From Candidatus Micrarchaeota archaeon (lineage in GTDB: Archaea > Micrarchaeota > Micrarchaeia > Norongarragalinales > Norongarragalinaceae): a stretch of DNA of 64,000 bases. How positions within the stretch are numbered: the first letter of the stretch is position 1; every line of letters starts with the position of its first letter. The notes beneath the pieces were generated by a model that was given only the letters and a program-made list of their open reading frames with translations, was not told the DNA's origin and ran no database searches. Location: contig CAZVVY010000001.1 of NCBI GenBank assembly GCA_964630975.1, forward strand, positions 2,610 through 66,609, read 5' to 3'. Shown here one piece after another: positions 61,531 to 64,000 of the stretch. The position numbers and the translations under genes are program-made.

Positions 61531-63063
61531 TCACGCGTTTTCGGGTTCGTAGTGGGGTTGGAGGTTGTAACAGAACTGGTTGGGTTGGGCCGGGTCGGTG
61601 CGCACGCTCGCCGAGTAGTCGAGGAACCTCATTTTCTTGGCGGCTCCCGTCCACTGCAGTACGGCGTAACAATTGCCTTCGCCGCAATCCTCCCGAGCAA
61701 GGGTTCCCTGCAAAACGTTTTCGAGGTCTTCCGCGCCGAACTCGTTTTCGCAGTCGCTCCACCCGCCGTCTGTCGAACCGCAGTCCCCCGATTCGGTGCA
61801 CAACTCCAAGGCGATCAGGTCTTGCCCCGAGTGCCCGGAAGGGTTCTTTGATTGGGGGTCGCCCCAGTAATCGCCGTCGCTTTCCTTTCGCCTTACCATT
61901 GAATACCGCGTGCACGCTTCCTGCACCGCGTCGTTGATTGCGTTGATTATGCTCTCTTCGCTCGTTGAATGGAAAGAGTAAGCGCCTTCGTCGCCGGTTA
62001 CGCTCCCGCAATCCGCTTTGCCTTCTTCTTGCAGGCCTTCACCTTCTTCTTCGTAACAAAGCCGGCTTTTACCTTCGGCGGGGTTGACTTCGCTTGCCAG
62101 CTCGCGGTAAACCTTGAACGCGTAATCATAGTACTTGTAGAGGGGGTAGTTCACGGGTAAATGGAAGTTGGCGTCGCTTATGGCTCCCGTGCGAATCTCG
62201 TTTCCCTTGCCGTCCGAGCTCTTGGTTCGCGGCAAGTGGGGGTAAATCGATTCTTCTTCAACGTTGATTTCAACGTAAAACGTTCCCTTCGAGCAATCGA
62301 TTACGTCGTCTTCATCGCATTCACTTGAAAAGCCGGTTTCATCGACTACGAGTTGATAGGTGTAGCCGCCGCGATCCAAATCCGTTTTTGTGCAACACTG
62401 CAGTTTTCCTTCTTCTTCCGCCATTTCGGCGAAAGCCCTGCAATCCATTAAGCTCGTACTCACCAGGGTTCGGCAGGCGTCGCCGTACCCTTCGCCTCCC
62501 AGGAATACTTCGAATTGCTTTTCGTTGGCGGACTCGAATCGGATTCCTTCGAACACGAACGTCTCCGAAATTTGCCTCATCCACTTGGGCAAGCCGTACG
62601 ACTCGGTATCGTCGCAACACTCGGATTTGCTTCCGCCGCCGGCAAGGCAGTCCTCGTCGCACACTTCCCCCCCGGAATGCGAGCAAATCACGTCGTGGAT
62701 AACGTCGTTCACGTAACTGCACGCGCGGTAGCGCAACACTTTTTCGTCGAGGTAACTGCTCCCCCCCGGAACGCTTCCGCCGCCCGCACCGGCAACGAAT
62801 TTCTTGTTGGTTACCCGAAACAAGTTGTCCCAGCACTTGCTGGACAAGAAGTCCTCGATGACGCGCGCCAGGTTTTCGCGGAACTGCGAGCCCATGTCGC
62901 TTCGGTACAGTTCGAGTAGGGACGTGACGCGGTTTTGGTAGGCTTCGTTGGCGATGAGTGCGACTTGGGCGGACTCGGCTTTGTTCATGTTGACCACGAA
63001 TATGACTGAGGTCAAGAAGAGTATGGTGCCGAGAAGGGGCGCTGCAATGAATCCTTTTCTCAC
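61531..63063 (-). CDS. Cys-rich secreted protein with a type IV pilin-like (class III) signal peptide
   Basis: N-terminus (GTG start) M-RKG|FIAAPLLGTILFLTSVIFVV: a short basic segment, KG, then about 20 hydrophobic residues. More than 30 Cys in the body (…CCDDTESYG…, …CCTKTD…). Confidence 0.55.
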   Translation of the reverse strand: MRKGFIAAPLLGTILFLTSVIFVVNMNKAESAQVALIANEAYQNRVTSLLELYRSDMGSQFRENLARVIEDFLSSKCWDNLFRVTNKKFVAGAGGGSVPGGSSYLDEKVLRYRACSYVNDVIHDVICSHSGGEVCDEDCLAGGGSKSECCDDTESYGLPKWMRQISETFVFEGIRFESANEKQFEVFLGGEGYGDACRTLVSTSLMDCRAFAEMAEEEGKLQCCTKTDLDRGGYTYQLVVDETGFSSECDEDDVIDCSKGTFYVEINVEEESIYPHLPRTKSSDGKGNEIRTGAISDANFHLPVNYPLYKYYDYAFKVYRELASEVNPAEGKSRLCYEEEGEGLQEEGKADCGSVTGDEGAYSFHSTSEESIINAINDAVQEACTRYSMVRRKESDGDYWGDPQSKNPSGHSGQDLIALELCTESGDCGSTDGGWSDCENEFGAEDLENVLQGTLAREDCGEGNCYAVLQWTGAAKKMRFLDYSASVRTDPAQPNQFCYNLQPHYEPENA

Positions 63064-63521
63064 GCTTTTTTTACTCCTCCCGAATTTTTATACCACCACG
63101 CGTAATACCCGACTATCGCTATTAACAGGGATGCGCGGAAGAGCACGTCGTGCACGAATTCGTCGAGGGTTAGCAGGGAAACGGTTATGCGTAAGGGGTT
63201 GAAGGCGAGAACGGCGAGGGCCGCGCCCGACGCCGCGCCGCTCAAACGTTTTTCGAGGGAGCGGTCTTCGCTTGCGAGAATCACGGCGAACAAGACGGCG
63301 ATTTCGAGGCGGCCCCAGCACGCCTCGTTTATTTCCGCCTTCCATTCGTCGTTGGACAAGTAGTGCGTTCCTTCTTCAAAAGAGAGTTGCACGGAGTTGC
63401 CTGCGGCGTTCAAGATTTGTTGTGGCAGGGCTGCGGAAACAAGTGATAAAGGGAACGAGAACAATCCGAGTGCGGCGTAGGAAGCCGCCATTACGAGGAG
63501 GGCGAGGGCGGCGAACCTCAT
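63060..63521 (-). CDS. hypothetical membrane protein (4 TM; Cys and NPLRI motif)
   Basis: ATGA-type overlap with the downstream pilin-like gene. Confidence 0.45.
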   Translation of the reverse strand: MRFAALALLVMAASYAALGLFSFPLSLVSAALPQQILNAAGNSVQLSFEEGTHYLSNDEWKAEINEACWGRLEIAVLFAVILASEDRSLEKRLSGAASGAALAVLAFNPLRITVSLLTLDEFVHDVLFRASLLIAIVGYYAWWYKNSGGVKKA

Positions 63522-63522
63522 T

Positions 63523-64000
63523 TCAGGCCCCCAGCATTATGCTTGTAGCGTAAACCACTACGCAGTACAATAGTACGGCGATTGGAAGCGACTTGGCGAT
63601 GCTGGTGTAAGTGTGCAAGTCGTTGTTGGTGTCCTCTATTTGAGAGTTGAAGTAAGTGAGCAGTATCACGATTTCGAATACGTATATCCCCATTATCAAG
63701 GCGAACGTGGCAGGGTCGGCGTTGGCTTTCAAGGCCTCGGTGTTGCCGAACATGTTGCCCATGTTGAATCCCTGCGTTCCGGCGGTCTGCATCGCGCTCT
63801 CAGTGGTTTCCCCTCCTCCGGCACTGCTAAGAGAACTGATGATTAGGCGCTGCATTGCGCTTACCACGGCGAGTACGATGGGTGCTACGAAGGTCGCCAT
63901 CGTGGAAAGCATGGTGGTAACGTCTTGGAGGAGACGCTTTAGTGAGTCGTTTATTTTCTTGGAGTTGCGCAACTGCATCGACAAGTTGATGAGGGACTTG
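63523..64000 (-). CDS. membrane protein, probably the C-terminal part of a larger gene continuing beyond the window end (possible T2SSF/FlaJ-like platform C-terminus)
   Basis: …SLKRLLQDVTTMLSTMATFVAPIVLAVVSAMQRLI… resembles the C-terminal helix pattern of GspF/PilC/TadC-type proteins; terminal TM. Confidence 0.3.
   Translation of the reverse strand, partial: KSLINLSMQLRNSKKINDSLKRLLQDVTTMLSTMATFVAPIVLAVVSAMQRLIISSLSSAGGGETTESAMQTAGTQGFNMGNMFGNTEALKANADPATFALIMGIYVFEIVILLTYFNSQIEDTNNDLHTYTSIAKSLPIAVLLYCVVVYATSIMLGA

Noticed and set aside
1-64000. CRISPR arrays, rRNA genes, IS elements/integrases
   Set aside because: No regularly spaced direct repeats, no rRNA-like segments and no transposase/integrase-like ORFs were found. 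The low-GC island at 48030..50259 lacks recombinase genes, so it is not called a mobile element.

Overview
Archaeal chromosome segment (about 56% GC): ribosomal proteins L32e/L19e/S4e, NAC, archease, fibrillarin, SUI1 and RNase P Rpp29 are present, genes are densely packed, and many neighbours overlap by 4 nt. From 1 to 10.3 kb the minus strand carries a canonical archaeal S10/spc-type ribosomal protein cluster (L3 through L18, with the S5 start running off the window), including the embedded SUI1 and Rpp29 genes, followed by an unlisted rpoP-like zinc ribbon and tRNA-Thr(CGT). The middle of the window is housekeeping and metabolism with a strong bacterial flavour: fused transketolase, class II aldolase, GlpX, acetate kinase, GlmS, TyrRS, MTAP, HtpX, FlpA, NAC, archease, APRT, and a class III anaerobic RNR operon (nrdD-nrdG-DUF1858). 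The nrdD gene carries an N-terminal NrdR-like Zn-ribbon/ATP-cone, is split by a frameshift just before its glycyl-radical domain, and sits behind a promoter full of palindromes. From about 31.8 to 47.8 kb and again from 55 to 64 kb the window is dominated by secreted and membrane proteins. These include a decayed surface-protein gene with a G9 tract, Tyr-rich secreted proteins, a membrane-anchored clan-CD (gingipain/clostripain-like) peptidase in an operon with GT-C-like membrane proteins, and a 2041-aa surface protein with transthyretin-like repeats and a FUS-like SYGQ-rich low-complexity region. Next to the giant protein lie a Cys-rich protein with a type IV-pilin-like signal, membrane proteins and, a few kb away, a FlaI/VirB11-family ATPase; together these look like a candidate pilus or adhesion locus. 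A tRNA-Arg(CCG) with two introns (canonical 37/38 plus a T-loop intron) lies at 47.8 kb, immediately next to a 2.2-kb low-GC two-gene island (PRTase-like protein plus polytopic membrane protein). No CRISPR array, rRNA or obvious integrase/transposase was seen.
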